64,000 bases of DNA from an uncultured Erysipelotrichaceae bacterium (GTDB taxonomy: Bacteria > Bacillota_I > Bacilli_A > RFN20 > CAG-826): contig CACXKR010000001.1 in NCBI GenBank assembly GCA_902768335.1, positions 17,205 through 81,204 on the forward strand, in the 5' to 3' direction. This document shows positions 9,518 to 18,904 of the stretch, in pieces. How positions within the stretch are numbered: the first letter of the stretch is position 1; each line of letters begins with the position of its first letter. Under the pieces are notes generated by a model, which saw only the letters and a list, made by a program, of their open reading frames with translations, searched no databases and was not told the origin of the DNA. A program made the translations under genes and the position numbers.

Positions 9518-10390
9518 CTACATTCCACAAATTTGTTTTGTGGTCGAGTTAGTGCCACCCCAAATGCGACAAGCATATTCGGGATGATCGATAAATGGGT
9601 TTCTATTCAAATTAAATTGGTGATCGTAGGAAGTGACAACTCCATTAAGGATGTTGTTTCTTAATTTTTCACGATCTTGAACTTGATAATTTAAGTTCCA
9701 TCTTAATAAATCGGATAATTTACCCATCGTATTGTTAGATGTGGCATCACTTTCTTCATCAATCAATGTAAGATGGTCTTTTTCTTGGACAGCACAGTAG
9801 AAGATTATTCTTGCGCAATCGCCACGATAATTTTCGGTCATACCATCGGCTTTTGGATCCCAACCATCGTGTTCGGTAGCTTTCCCTTCAACATAGAAGG
9901 AGTTGCCACGGGATGTATTATCTGAAACTAATGTAGGTCTTACCATGTGAGGATCACCTTCGATATAACTACCGCCTCGTGATTTTGGCCAAACGTGCTC
10001 TTTATTCATATCTGAACGTTTTCCAACTGTTCCTCTATAGAAAGCGGTGATGTCATCGGATGCTTTATGACCTTCCTTAGGAGAATATTCAGGATGAGTT
10101 ACATCGGAATATAAAAGATAGTTACTCCAAATCGCGTCATAATCTGATTTAGCTTTTGCAGGATGAATTATTTCGTATAGTTTATTCTTAAGAGTGTCAC
10201 CCATCATCGAATCATCGATAGCGGCATAATAGTCACCGGAAGGATCGTCTCCAGAAGTACTAGGTGAAAATGAAGAGTCGGAATCTCCGCCTCCAGAACT
10301 TCTATGTTTTTTGCCCCCTCCACTTGATGGAGTACAAGATGCTAATAAGAATCCAATGGATAAGATGGTGAGTGTTTTAACTAATTTCAT
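9518..10390 (-). CDS. secreted lipoprotein nuclease of the endonuclease I (EndA/NucM) family with Ser/Gly/Asp-rich linker
   Basis: The likely start is ATG 10390 (MKLVKTLTILSIGFLLASC, lipobox LASC) with SD GAGGG, whereas the track ORF begins 28 codons upstream. It has the EHVWPKSRGG and NRNPFIDHPE motifs. Confidence 0.65.
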   Translation of the reverse strand: MKLVKTLTILSIGFLLASCTPSSGGGKKHRSSGGGDSDSSFSPSTSGDDPSGDYYAAIDDSMMGDTLKNKLYEIIHPAKAKSDYDAIWSNYLLYSDVTHPEYSPKEGHKASDDITAFYRGTVGKRSDMNKEHVWPKSRGGSYIEGDPHMVRPTLVSDNTSRGNSFYVEGKATEHDGWDPKADGMTENYRGDCARIIFYCAVQEKDHLTLIDEESDATSNNTMGKLSDLLRWNLNYQVQDREKLRNNILNGVVTSYDHQFNLNRNPFIDHPEYACRIWGGTNSTTKQICGM

Positions 10391-10495
10391 ATCAATACCC
10401 TCAATGTTTAAATAATACCACTCTACCTTTATTAAATAAAGAGACAAGGGTATATTGAGCAAGAAAAAACCCACCTTTCAGTGGGTAATTCTTTA

Positions 10496-10699
10496 TTACT
10501 TAAGACCGTATTTTTTATTGAAGCGGTCGACGCGTCCATCGGATTGAACGAATCTTTGTTTACCAGTATAGAATGGGTGGCAATTTGAACATGTATCAAC
10601 GTGAATGTCTTTCTTGGTTGATGTTGTTTCAAATGTTGCACCGCAAGAGACACAAGTGACTGTGACCTTATGGGTTGCTGGATGAATACCTTTTTTCAT
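10496..10699 (-). CDS. rpmE: 50S ribosomal protein L31
   Basis: [12 protein letters not shown]...[12 protein letters not shown] with a zinc ribbon. Start ATG 10699 has SD AGGAG, whereas the track ORF starts 23 codons upstream. Confidence 0.9.
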   Translation of the reverse strand: MKKGIHPATHKVTVTCVSCGATFETTSTKKDIHVDTCSNCHPFYTGKQRFVQSDGRVDRFNKKYGLK

Positions 10700-10864
10700 T
10701 TTTATAACTCCTTCCGCCTTAGGCCACATTTGGGTCCTAAAGAAAGTTTGCAAGTGAAATCTTATCAATGATAAAGAAGAAAATCAAGGACATATATTAT
10801 TCGAATTGTAAGTTTTTTCTAAATAAATATTTAATTTATTTGCGAGTTTTGCAATAATATTTCC

Positions 10865-11830
10865 ATGAATAAAAAAATTGCAGTCCTTACATCTGGTGGT
10901 GACGCCCCAGGCATGAATGCTTGTATTCGTGCAGTTGTTCGTTCTGGTTTAAAGACTGGATGCGATATGTATGTTGTTTACGATGGTTATAAAGGTTTGG
11001 TCGAAGGAAAAATTGAACAAGTTGATCGAAACTTTGTTTCCGATATTATTAATCGTGGCGGAACAATCTTAAGAAGCGCCAGATTACCAGAGTTTAAAGA
11101 AGAAGCTATCCAAAAGATGGCGATTAAACAATTAAAAGATTTCGGAATCGATTCTTTGATTGTTATCGGCGGCGATGGCACCTACCGTGGAGCAAGAGAC
11201 TTATCTCACCGAGGAATTAATACAGTCGGTATTCCTGGTACGATTGATAACGATATCGCTTCGACCGAATATACGATTGGTTTTGATACTTGCTGCAACA
11301 CCATCTGCGAATGTGTCGATAAAATTAGAGACACCACAACCTCGCATCAAAGATGCACTTTCATTGAAGTTATGGGTAATAAGTGCGGCGATTTAGCCCT
11401 TTATTCCGGCGTTGCTGAAGGTGTTGAAATGATTATTACACCTGACGATCCGATTACAGATGAAAACGTCTTTAACAAATTAAAATCGCTAAAAGGCGGT
11501 AAAAAGAAACACTCTTTAGTTATTGTCAGTGAAAAGATTTATCCAAATATTTTTGAATTTGTGAAAAAAGTTACCCAAGAAACCGGCATTGAAACAAGAG
11601 CCGAAATCTTAGGTCACCTTCAAAGAGGTGGTTCACCTACAAGTAAAGATAGAATTGAAGCCACTAGATTTGGTATCGCTGCGGTAAAAGCGATCTTAGA
11701 TGGTGAAACAAATATTTGTCTTGGTTTAAGAAATGGTCAAATTGTGCGCATCGGAATCGACGAAGCGTTAGAGATGAAAAGACAAACTCATCCTGAACTT
11801 CTCGATGCAATCAAACTGGTCAATAGATAG
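10865..11830 (+). CDS. pfkA: 6-phosphofructokinase
   Basis: LTSGGDAPGMNA...IGGDGTYRGA motifs. Confidence 0.9.
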   Translation: MNKKIAVLTSGGDAPGMNACIRAVVRSGLKTGCDMYVVYDGYKGLVEGKIEQVDRNFVSDIINRGGTILRSARLPEFKEEAIQKMAIKQLKDFGIDSLIVIGGDGTYRGARDLSHRGINTVGIPGTIDNDIASTEYTIGFDTCCNTICECVDKIRDTTTSHQRCTFIEVMGNKCGDLALYSGVAEGVEMIITPDDPITDENVFNKLKSLKGGKKKHSLVIVSEKIYPNIFEFVKKVTQETGIETRAEILGHLQRGGSPTSKDRIEATRFGIAAVKAILDGETNICLGLRNGQIVRIGIDEALEMKRQTHPELLDAIKLVNR

Positions 11831-11842
11831 AAAGGAAACATT

Positions 11843-13240
11843 ATGATTTCTAAAAAAGTTGCAATTGATGTTTTAAACGCCGGTTTAGAAACTGGCGCAG
11901 ACTTTGCCGAAATCTATATCGAAGAGAAAATCTCAAACGTTATTCAAATTGATAATGGCAAAGTTGAAAATTCATCAATTATTAAAACCTATGGTGCAGG
12001 TATAAGACTTCTTAAGAAATTTCGTTCTGTTTATGGATACACGAACGATATCTCTAAAAATGGTTTACTTAAATTAGCTAAATCACTTTCAAATTCCTTT
12101 ACCGGAAATAGAGAAGTTACTGTAACAAGCATCAAAACCAAAAAGTTTAAAAATATTACTCCTGTTGAGATTCCATACGAATCAGTCGAAAAGGAAGAAT
12201 TTGTTAATTATCTTAAAAAAGGTGTAAAAGCCATGCAGGACTATGATAAGAGAATTATCAGAACTACTGCGATGATATCTTATAGTCACAAAGACTCAAC
12301 AATTTTCAATTCAAATGGCATTGCCATTAATGATTCGATTGAAAGAGGAAGAATCGCTCTTCAATGCGTCGCAAACGAAGGCGAAAAAATCGAAACCGGA
12401 TATGCTGCTCCAGGAGCTGCAGCAGGTTTTGAATTCTTTAAGAATAAAGTTGATATTGTTGAACTTGGTAAGAAGGCTGCTGCTCAAGCAATCTTGATGT
12501 TAAGCGCAAAAGAATGTCCAAGCGGTAAGATGCCAGTTGTTATCGGTAATGGCTTTGGTGGAGTTTTATTCCATGAAGCGTGTGGCCATCCATTAGAAGC
12601 ATCTGCTGTTAGTAAAAACTTATCGGTCTTCTCAGGAAAACTTGGTGAGCAAATTGCTTCACCGCTCGTGACCGCGATCGATGATGGCACTATCGAAAAT
12701 GGTTGGGGATCAAATAACGTTGATGATGAAGGCAATAAAACCGAAAGAACTGTTTTAATCAAGAACGGAATTTTAACCAATTACTTGATCGATGATTTCA
12801 ACGGCCGAAGAATGGAACGCAAAGGAAATGGCGCATGTCGTAGACAATCATATAGATACGAGCCGACTTCAAGAATGTCTAATACATATATTGATAACGG
12901 CACAACCCCTCCTGAAGAAATTATTAAGGCCACAAAACTTGGTTTATATGCAAAATCTTTAGGTGGTGGAAGCGTCAATCCAGCAACTGGGGAATTTAAC
13001 TTTGCCTGTAGCGAAGCTTACATTATTCGTGATGGAAAAGTTTGTGAACCTGTACGCGGAGCATCGTTAATTGGCCAAGGAAAAGACATCCTCACCAAAA
13101 TCGATATGGTTGGTAACGACTTAGAAAGATCACAAGGAATGTGTGGTGCTGCCAGCGGTCAGATTCCTGTCGATGTGGGTCAACCAACCTTACGTATAAG
13201 TGAAATTACCGTCGGTGGAAATGGAGGAGAACTAAAATGA
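11843..13240 (+). CDS. tldD: TldD-family metalloprotease
   Basis: It has the HEACGHPLE motif. Its stop overlaps the start of the following gene. Confidence 0.85.
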   Translation: MISKKVAIDVLNAGLETGADFAEIYIEEKISNVIQIDNGKVENSSIIKTYGAGIRLLKKFRSVYGYTNDISKNGLLKLAKSLSNSFTGNREVTVTSIKTKKFKNITPVEIPYESVEKEEFVNYLKKGVKAMQDYDKRIIRTTAMISYSHKDSTIFNSNGIAINDSIERGRIALQCVANEGEKIETGYAAPGAAAGFEFFKNKVDIVELGKKAAAQAILMLSAKECPSGKMPVVIGNGFGGVLFHEACGHPLEASAVSKNLSVFSGKLGEQIASPLVTAIDDGTIENGWGSNNVDDEGNKTERTVLIKNGILTNYLIDDFNGRRMERKGNGACRRQSYRYEPTSRMSNTYIDNGTTPPEEIIKATKLGLYAKSLGGGSVNPATGEFNFACSEAYIIRDGKVCEPVRGASLIGQGKDILTKIDMVGNDLERSQGMCGAASGQIPVDVGQPTLRISEITVGGNGGELK

Positions 13241-14568
13241 GACTAAACGAAAAGAAGTTTTTTGAACTTGCAAAAGCGAATGGTTTTGAAGCAGCTGATC
13301 TCTGCTATTCTCACTCAATATCAACCTCTGTTTCAATCTTCCATAGCGAGATAGATTCTTACACAGAACACGAAACAATTAGCCTTGATGCAAGAGGCAT
13401 TATTGACGGAAAATTCGGTTCTGCTTCAACCGAACAAATTGACAAAAATACTCCGCAATTCCTGGTTGATTCAATAAAAAAGACTGCCAAAATAATCGAA
13501 AAGGAAGAGCAAGGAATTATCTTTAAAGGCAGTAAAAAATATCATAAGAAAAATCTTTATAATAAAGCGGTCGCCGAGATGAAAGCTTCTGACGCAATCA
13601 ATACCTGTTTAGAAATTGAAAAGAAGCTCTATTCCTACGACAAGAGGATTAATGAAGTTGTTACTGTTGGTTATGAAAATGAAGCAAGTGATTCATTCTT
13701 ATCTAACACCTATGGATTAAAGTTAAAATCAAAAGAAATCGCATATACCTTCTACGCTGAAGTTACCGCTAAAGTTGGTGATGAAATTAGAACAGGATTT
13801 AAAGTTTTTGTTTCGCAAGATCCAAATGAATTCAAAGTCGATGAATTTGTTAAGGAAGTTGCCGAAGACGCTTTAAAGAAACTTGGTTCAGTTCAATGCA
13901 AATCAAAGAAATATCCAGTTGTCTTTAACCCGGAAACTTCATCGATTCTTCTTAAATTCTTTTTAGGACCTATCGATTACGAGGAAGTGAAAAAACAATC
14001 TTCATATTTTATTGGTAAACTAAATACTCAAGTAGCTTCTAAGAAGCTTACTGTTATTGAAAACGGATTAGCAAAAAATATATTCTTTAAGTATTTCGAC
14101 GATGAAGGCGTTGCCATCGAAAAGAAAAATATTCTTAAAAAGGGTGTTTTAGAAACATATCTTTACACTTTAGAAAACGCGAAAGAAGCAGGGGTTGAAC
14201 CAACAGGAAACTCTGAAGTTGCGGGTGGTAAATCACACGCTAAACTAAATCAATTGTTTGTTAAACCTGGCCGTAAAAGTGAAGAGGAAATATTCTCCAA
14301 AATCAAAGAAGGTGTTTATATTACCGATCTACAAGGTTTACATGCTGGTATGAACCAAAGAAGTGGAAATTTCTCTCTTCAATCAGCTGGTTTTATGATT
14401 AGAGATGGAAAACTCGCCGAGCCTCTCGCTTTAATTACTGTTGCTGATAACTTGTTGAATTTATTCAATAACATAAAAGAAGTAGCAAATAATTCAAAAT
14501 TAATTATTCAAACCGCTACAACGTGCCCATCAATCTATTTCAAAAAGATTTCCGTCACTGGGAAATAA
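13237..14568 (+). CDS. pmbA: PmbA/TldE-family protein (TldD partner)
   Basis: TldD/PmbA fold and length. It is translationally coupled to tldD. Confidence 0.75.
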   Translation: MRLNEKKFFELAKANGFEAADLCYSHSISTSVSIFHSEIDSYTEHETISLDARGIIDGKFGSASTEQIDKNTPQFLVDSIKKTAKIIEKEEQGIIFKGSKKYHKKNLYNKAVAEMKASDAINTCLEIEKKLYSYDKRINEVVTVGYENEASDSFLSNTYGLKLKSKEIAYTFYAEVTAKVGDEIRTGFKVFVSQDPNEFKVDEFVKEVAEDALKKLGSVQCKSKKYPVVFNPETSSILLKFFLGPIDYEEVKKQSSYFIGKLNTQVASKKLTVIENGLAKNIFFKYFDDEGVAIEKKNILKKGVLETYLYTLENAKEAGVEPTGNSEVAGGKSHAKLNQLFVKPGRKSEEEIFSKIKEGVYITDLQGLHAGMNQRSGNFSLQSAGFMIRDGKLAEPLALITVADNLLNLFNNIKEVANNSKLIIQTATTCPSIYFKKISVTGK

Positions 14569-14585
14569 ATCGCTTGGGTTAAAAG

Positions 14586-14606
14586 AAAAGGCCATAGGCC
14601 TTTTTT
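14586..14606. terminator. bidirectional rho-independent terminator between pmbA (+) and degV (-)
   Basis: Hairpin aaaaGGCC-ata-GGCCtttttt flanked by A-run and T-run. Confidence 0.6.
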
Positions 14607-15456
14607 AATCTTTGATGAATAACAATCCAATTGTTCCGAATCCACAATGGGAAGCTACAACGCATCCCGCTGGTGTTGTACGAATTATTTTTGGATCAAC
14701 TAATTTTGATACTTCTTTTACAAAGTAATCCCTGATTTCGTCTTTGACACCAGAATCGGTAATCATAATATTGTCCATTTGAACATTTGGAAGTGCTTTT
14801 TTAAGTTCTTCGATTTGACCATCGATAGCAACTTTCATCGTTCCACGTGGTTTTTTATAAACAATAAGTTTTCCGTCTTTAACAAGAATGTGTGGATGAA
14901 TGTGGAGAAGATGTCCCAAAACTTTCGCGGTTCCAGAACAACGTCCACCTTTGTGTAAATAATCAAGTGTTTCAACACTGAATTGAGCGACAGTATTTGG
15001 AACGTCCTTTTCAAGGATTTTACAAATTTCTTTTGGTGTCTTTCCTTCTTTGGCTAGTTTTGCAGCTTTCATTGCAAGTAAGCCAGAGGCGCTAGATAAG
15101 TTCTTAGTGTCAACCAAATAAATATGTTCACTTTCAATCATATTCTTTGCAATATTTGCGCTTTGGAAAGCTGTTGATAAAGTGGAACCAATCCCCAGAT
15201 AAATAACATCGTAGCCTTTATCTAACCATTTTCTAAAAACTTCTTCGAACACTTGTGGGCCAGGTGCTGAAGTAGCAGGTAAACTTTTGTATTTGACTAC
15301 ATCAGCATAGAGTTGATCTCTGGTAATTGTCACACCGTCTTTAAATGTTTCTTGTCCAAAAGTTACGTTTAGAGGAACAACTTCGAAATCGTATTTCTCA
15401 TAAAGTTCTTTTGAAAGGTCTACAGTTGAATCTACAACAATTTTGATTTTGTTCAT
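14605..15456 (-). CDS. DegV-family fatty-acid-binding protein (FakB-like)
   Basis: DegV fold features (IKIVVDSTVDL, GTIGLL). Confidence 0.85.
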   Translation of the reverse strand: MNKIKIVVDSTVDLSKELYEKYDFEVVPLNVTFGQETFKDGVTITRDQLYADVVKYKSLPATSAPGPQVFEEVFRKWLDKGYDVIYLGIGSTLSTAFQSANIAKNMIESEHIYLVDTKNLSSASGLLAMKAAKLAKEGKTPKEICKILEKDVPNTVAQFSVETLDYLHKGGRCSGTAKVLGHLLHIHPHILVKDGKLIVYKKPRGTMKVAIDGQIEELKKALPNVQMDNIMITDSGVKDEIRDYFVKEVSKLVDPKIIRTTPAGCVVASHCGFGTIGLLFIKD

Positions 15457-15555
15457 AACAAATCTCCAATCGTTTTCATTATATACAAAATCTATTCTTA
15501 GTTTAATTTATTTTCAATTTGATTTATAATCACTCTCGGAGGTTATTTATTAAAA

Positions 15556-16212
15556 ATGGCAAAAGAAAAGAAATTGAAAAAAGGTAAAAAATTCTTCCAA
15601 GAGTTTAAAGAATTCATCAACCGTGGAAACGCCTTCATGTTAGCTGTTGGTGTCGTTATCGGTGGTGCCTTCTCTGCGATCGTTAATGCTTTCGTTAGTA
15701 TGCTCATGAATGTCGCAACATGGCCAGTTCCAGGAGGCCTTAAAGGCTTAGTTACTGTTTTATATCCAGTTACCGATGCCCAAAAAGGTTTAGAAGGTGT
15801 TGGACAAACATTCGCCAAAGGCGATTATGACTCAGTTGCATTAGCACTTGGCCAAGCCGCTGGTATCGAAGATCCAGGACAAGCTTTGCTTTATGGTAGC
15901 CAAAAGTTAACAGCTAACTATACTGCTCATGGTGGATTATTCGTTTTTAATGGCGCAGCAGTCATTGACTGGGGCACATTAATTACCGCGTTCATTAGCT
16001 TCCTTATTGTTGCTGTTGTCTTATTCATCATCGTTAAGATTGCTAACACACTTCAAGCCAAAAAAGAAGCTGCTGAAGCAAAAGCGCGCGAAGAATACTA
16101 TAAGAGACACCCAGAAGAAAGACCTGCACCAGTCGAACCAGGCGTTCCTGCTCCTACAACCGAAGAATTGCTAACACAAATTCGCGATTTACTTGCAGAA
16201 AAGAAAAAATAA
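15556..16212 (+). CDS. mscL: large-conductance mechanosensitive channel MscL with long loop insertion
   Basis: N-term FKEFINRGNAFMLAVGVVIGGAF matches the MscL TM1 consensus. C-term ...PAPTTEELLTQIRDLL matches the MscL C-terminal helix. It is 218 aa, against about 130-150 aa for typical MscL. Confidence 0.85.
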   Translation: MAKEKKLKKGKKFFQEFKEFINRGNAFMLAVGVVIGGAFSAIVNAFVSMLMNVATWPVPGGLKGLVTVLYPVTDAQKGLEGVGQTFAKGDYDSVALALGQAAGIEDPGQALLYGSQKLTANYTAHGGLFVFNGAAVIDWGTLITAFISFLIVAVVLFIIVKIANTLQAKKEAAEAKAREEYYKRHPEERPAPVEPGVPAPTTEELLTQIRDLLAEKKK

Positions 16213-16219
16213 ATAGTTT

Positions 16220-16543
16220 ATGACCGTTCTTGAAAAATTAGAATTTTTAGCGAAATCCTTTGGATTAACCGAGCACAAATTCCTTCAAAAATATCATGCT
16301 CATTATGGGCTTATGAAGAGAATTCGTTTAGGTTATAAAACAGAGCCAAGAGATGTGAAGAAATTATGCAGAATCCTTGATTTTGATGTCGATGATTTCT
16401 TAGATGATGCTTCAAGCGTCTCTACTGAACTTAAAGAAGGTGAGCACTTTGTAAAAAAGGCAACACCTCAGGTTCAACCCGCTCACGAGATATTCGAAGA
16501 TTTCCCACCTGAAGATAATTCAAGATACGAAGAAAAAGACTAG
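16220..16543 (+). CDS. small XRE/Cro-like HTH protein with acidic C-terminal tail
   Basis: LAKSFGLTEHKFLQKYHAHYGLMKRIRLGYKTEPRDVKKLCRILDFDVDDFL fits the HTH_3 pattern. Confidence 0.45.
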   Translation: MTVLEKLEFLAKSFGLTEHKFLQKYHAHYGLMKRIRLGYKTEPRDVKKLCRILDFDVDDFLDDASSVSTELKEGEHFVKKATPQVQPAHEIFEDFPPEDNSRYEEKD

Positions 16544-16547
16544 TAAG

Positions 16548-16590
16548 AAAAAACATCACCAATCGTCATGAGCGGTGATGTTTTCTTTTA
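16548..16590. terminator. bidirectional terminator hairpin between convergent genes
   Basis: aacatcacc...ggtgatgtt stem followed by ttttctttt. Confidence 0.55.
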
Positions 16591-16591
16591 C

Positions 16592-17722
16592 TTATTTAAC
16601 TTCATTCTTCCAATCAGGGTGGGATGAATAAACTTTTTCAAGTGCTTCGTTAAATAATTGCTCTTCAATCTTAACTCTAGAAGCGAGGGTTCTCTTTAAT
16701 GCTTTGTGGAGTCTTGATTTAGCGAATTCAACTTCTCCGTTTGAATCATCAAGAAGTCCAGCAATTAAAATGTATGCTCTTAGGGACTCCATCGATAAAT
16801 CATTCGCAATGAATTTACGAGCGTTATCATTGATACTTTCGTCGTAATATTTGCGAACTTCTTCCAAAGGAAGTGTCATTATTTTTATATAGAGCTTTTG
16901 AGCAAGTAACCTGTTATAAGTTAAAGCAGATACTTTTGCTGGATCAACAACGATCATATCAATAAGTTCTTCTGCTTTAGCAAAATTGCCTTTGTGGAGC
17001 TCTTCATAAACAGAGATTAAGTTGATGCTTGCAGTAAACTCGGTTATTTGAGAGAAAACTTTAATTTCGCCAACGTCTTCATTATTCATCTGAGCGGCTT
17101 CAATTCTCATTAATTCATTATAAGCTTCAATATTTTCTTTTTTCGAAAGAAGAATTAAACGATAACCATCGTTCATCGAGTCTAATTTAAATGGTGCGAG
17201 ATTATATAACGCAATCATTGATGAAATGATGATGAGGAAAATTGCAGCGACCGCCATCCAATGAAGCGGACTTGTGTAAACAAGGTTTTTGTCAGATGCC
17301 ATAGTGTAAACAACAATGCATCCAACAAGTTCTAATGCATAGAAAAGAACTGGAAACCAAATGTATGGAGTAAGTTTTGATTTTTCATTTTTTGGCGCCA
17401 CTTTTGTTTCACCGGTTAAGCCGTCAAAATCTTTAAATTGGAATTTCCATTTACCGGCTTTCTTTTGCCAGCAAAATCCAAGCACGTTAAACGATAATAT
17501 GGCATATTTGCCGAGTTTTGCACCGATAACGTGGCCAACTTCTAGCATAATAACATTGAGTAGCAGACCGCCTAAAATAACAACAATTGCAAAAACGTAC
17601 GGCGATAAATTCAGATTGTAATGGGTTGTAAAAGCATCTCTAACAACGGTTAGACCAACAATAATAGCAACCGCTATCATAACCATGTAAATCATCAAGC
17701 TAAGGATATCTTCTTTTTTCAT
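16592..17722 (-). CDS. membrane protein resembling site-2 protease (M50) core with degenerate HExxH (LEVGH) plus cytoplasmic helical/TPR-like domain
   Basis: It has 4+ transmembrane helices, LEVGHVIG in place of HExxH, and NLAPFKLDSMNDGYRL resembling the S2P NLLPIxPLDGG motif. Confidence 0.5.
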   Translation of the reverse strand: MKKEDILSLMIYMVMIAVAIIVGLTVVRDAFTTHYNLNLSPYVFAIVVILGGLLLNVIMLEVGHVIGAKLGKYAILSFNVLGFCWQKKAGKWKFQFKDFDGLTGETKVAPKNEKSKLTPYIWFPVLFYALELVGCIVVYTMASDKNLVYTSPLHWMAVAAIFLIIISSMIALYNLAPFKLDSMNDGYRLILLSKKENIEAYNELMRIEAAQMNNEDVGEIKVFSQITEFTASINLISVYEELHKGNFAKAEELIDMIVVDPAKVSALTYNRLLAQKLYIKIMTLPLEEVRKYYDESINDNARKFIANDLSMESLRAYILIAGLLDDSNGEVEFAKSRLHKALKRTLASRVKIEEQLFNEALEKVYSSHPDWKNEVK

Positions 17723-17731
17723 ACTAGCCTC

Positions 17732-18904
17732 CTAAAGACTCGATTCCATTAATTTAAGAATCTCATCTTTTTTAAGTGGATTGATCGAGGAAGGACCAAT
17801 CGTAAGTGCGCCACAATCCGTCATAAGATCCACTATTTTGGAAACATCATTTTGAGATATTTCTACTTCGCTCAATCTAATAGGCATTCCTATCGACCTA
17901 AAATATTCTCGCAATAATTGTATTCCTTTTAAAGAACATTTTTCTTTATCTTCGTCTTTAATATCGAAAACATATTTTCCGAAACGAGCAAATTTTTCGA
18001 CGTCTTTCTTATAAGACGCTTCCATCCAAAGCGGAATTAAAATAGACAATCCCGCACCATGGGCAATGCGAATATCGTATGCACTAAGAGCGTGCTCCAT
18101 TTTATGGATAGGCATTTGTTTATTCTTTCCTAAAGAAGTCAAACCATTATGGGAATATGCTCCAAGTAGCATTAAGGCCGCTCTTGCATCGTAGTTATTT
18201 GGTTCCTTAATAGCGACTTTTCCTGCTTCAATCGTGTCTTTAATAATTGATAAAGCAAGAGAATCCGCTATTTCGAACTTTTCACTAGGAGAAAAATATC
18301 TTTCTAATGAATGAGAAATAATATCGACGATTCCACATCCAGTTTGATATTTGTTAACACTAAAGGTATATTCAGGATTCATAATCGCAAATAGGGGTCT
18401 AACGATATCGGAATTAAAACCCTGCTTTATCAAAGTTTTATCATCCATTACAACACACGAATCAGACAGCTCAGATCCTGAGGCTGAAATTGTTAGAACT
18501 ACACCTAACGGCAAGGCATTTGTTGGTTGAACTTTGTGAAGATTTAAATCAAATGGTTCGCCATCGTAATAGAATGATGCGGCAATTGATTTTGCAGTAT
18601 CTATTACAGAACCTCCGCCAACAGCTAAAATCAAATCTATTCCATTTTCACGAATAATTTTAAGTCCTTCTTTTACCTTAGAAATTTCAGGGTTAGGACG
18701 AATCTCCGAAAGTTCAAAATATTGGACTTTTGCGGATTTTAATTGCTTAATCACTTCATCATAAACACCGTTTTTCTTGATCGATGAAAAGCCATAAACC
18801 AACAAAACTTTTGAGTACTTATTCTCAATTTCTTTTGAAAGATTTTGGATAGCATTCCTTCCAAAATGTATTCTTGTTGGCGAAACAAAAGTGAAGTCTT
18901 TCAT
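17732..18904 (-). CDS. iron-containing alcohol dehydrogenase
   Basis: It has GGGSVIDTAK and His-rich metal motifs. Confidence 0.85.
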   Translation of the reverse strand: MKDFTFVSPTRIHFGRNAIQNLSKEIENKYSKVLLVYGFSSIKKNGVYDEVIKQLKSAKVQYFELSEIRPNPEISKVKEGLKIIRENGIDLILAVGGGSVIDTAKSIAASFYYDGEPFDLNLHKVQPTNALPLGVVLTISASGSELSDSCVVMDDKTLIKQGFNSDIVRPLFAIMNPEYTFSVNKYQTGCGIVDIISHSLERYFSPSEKFEIADSLALSIIKDTIEAGKVAIKEPNNYDARAALMLLGAYSHNGLTSLGKNKQMPIHKMEHALSAYDIRIAHGAGLSILIPLWMEASYKKDVEKFARFGKYVFDIKDEDKEKCSLKGIQLLREYFRSIGMPIRLSEVEISQNDVSKIVDLMTDCGALTIGPSSINPLKKDEILKLMESSL

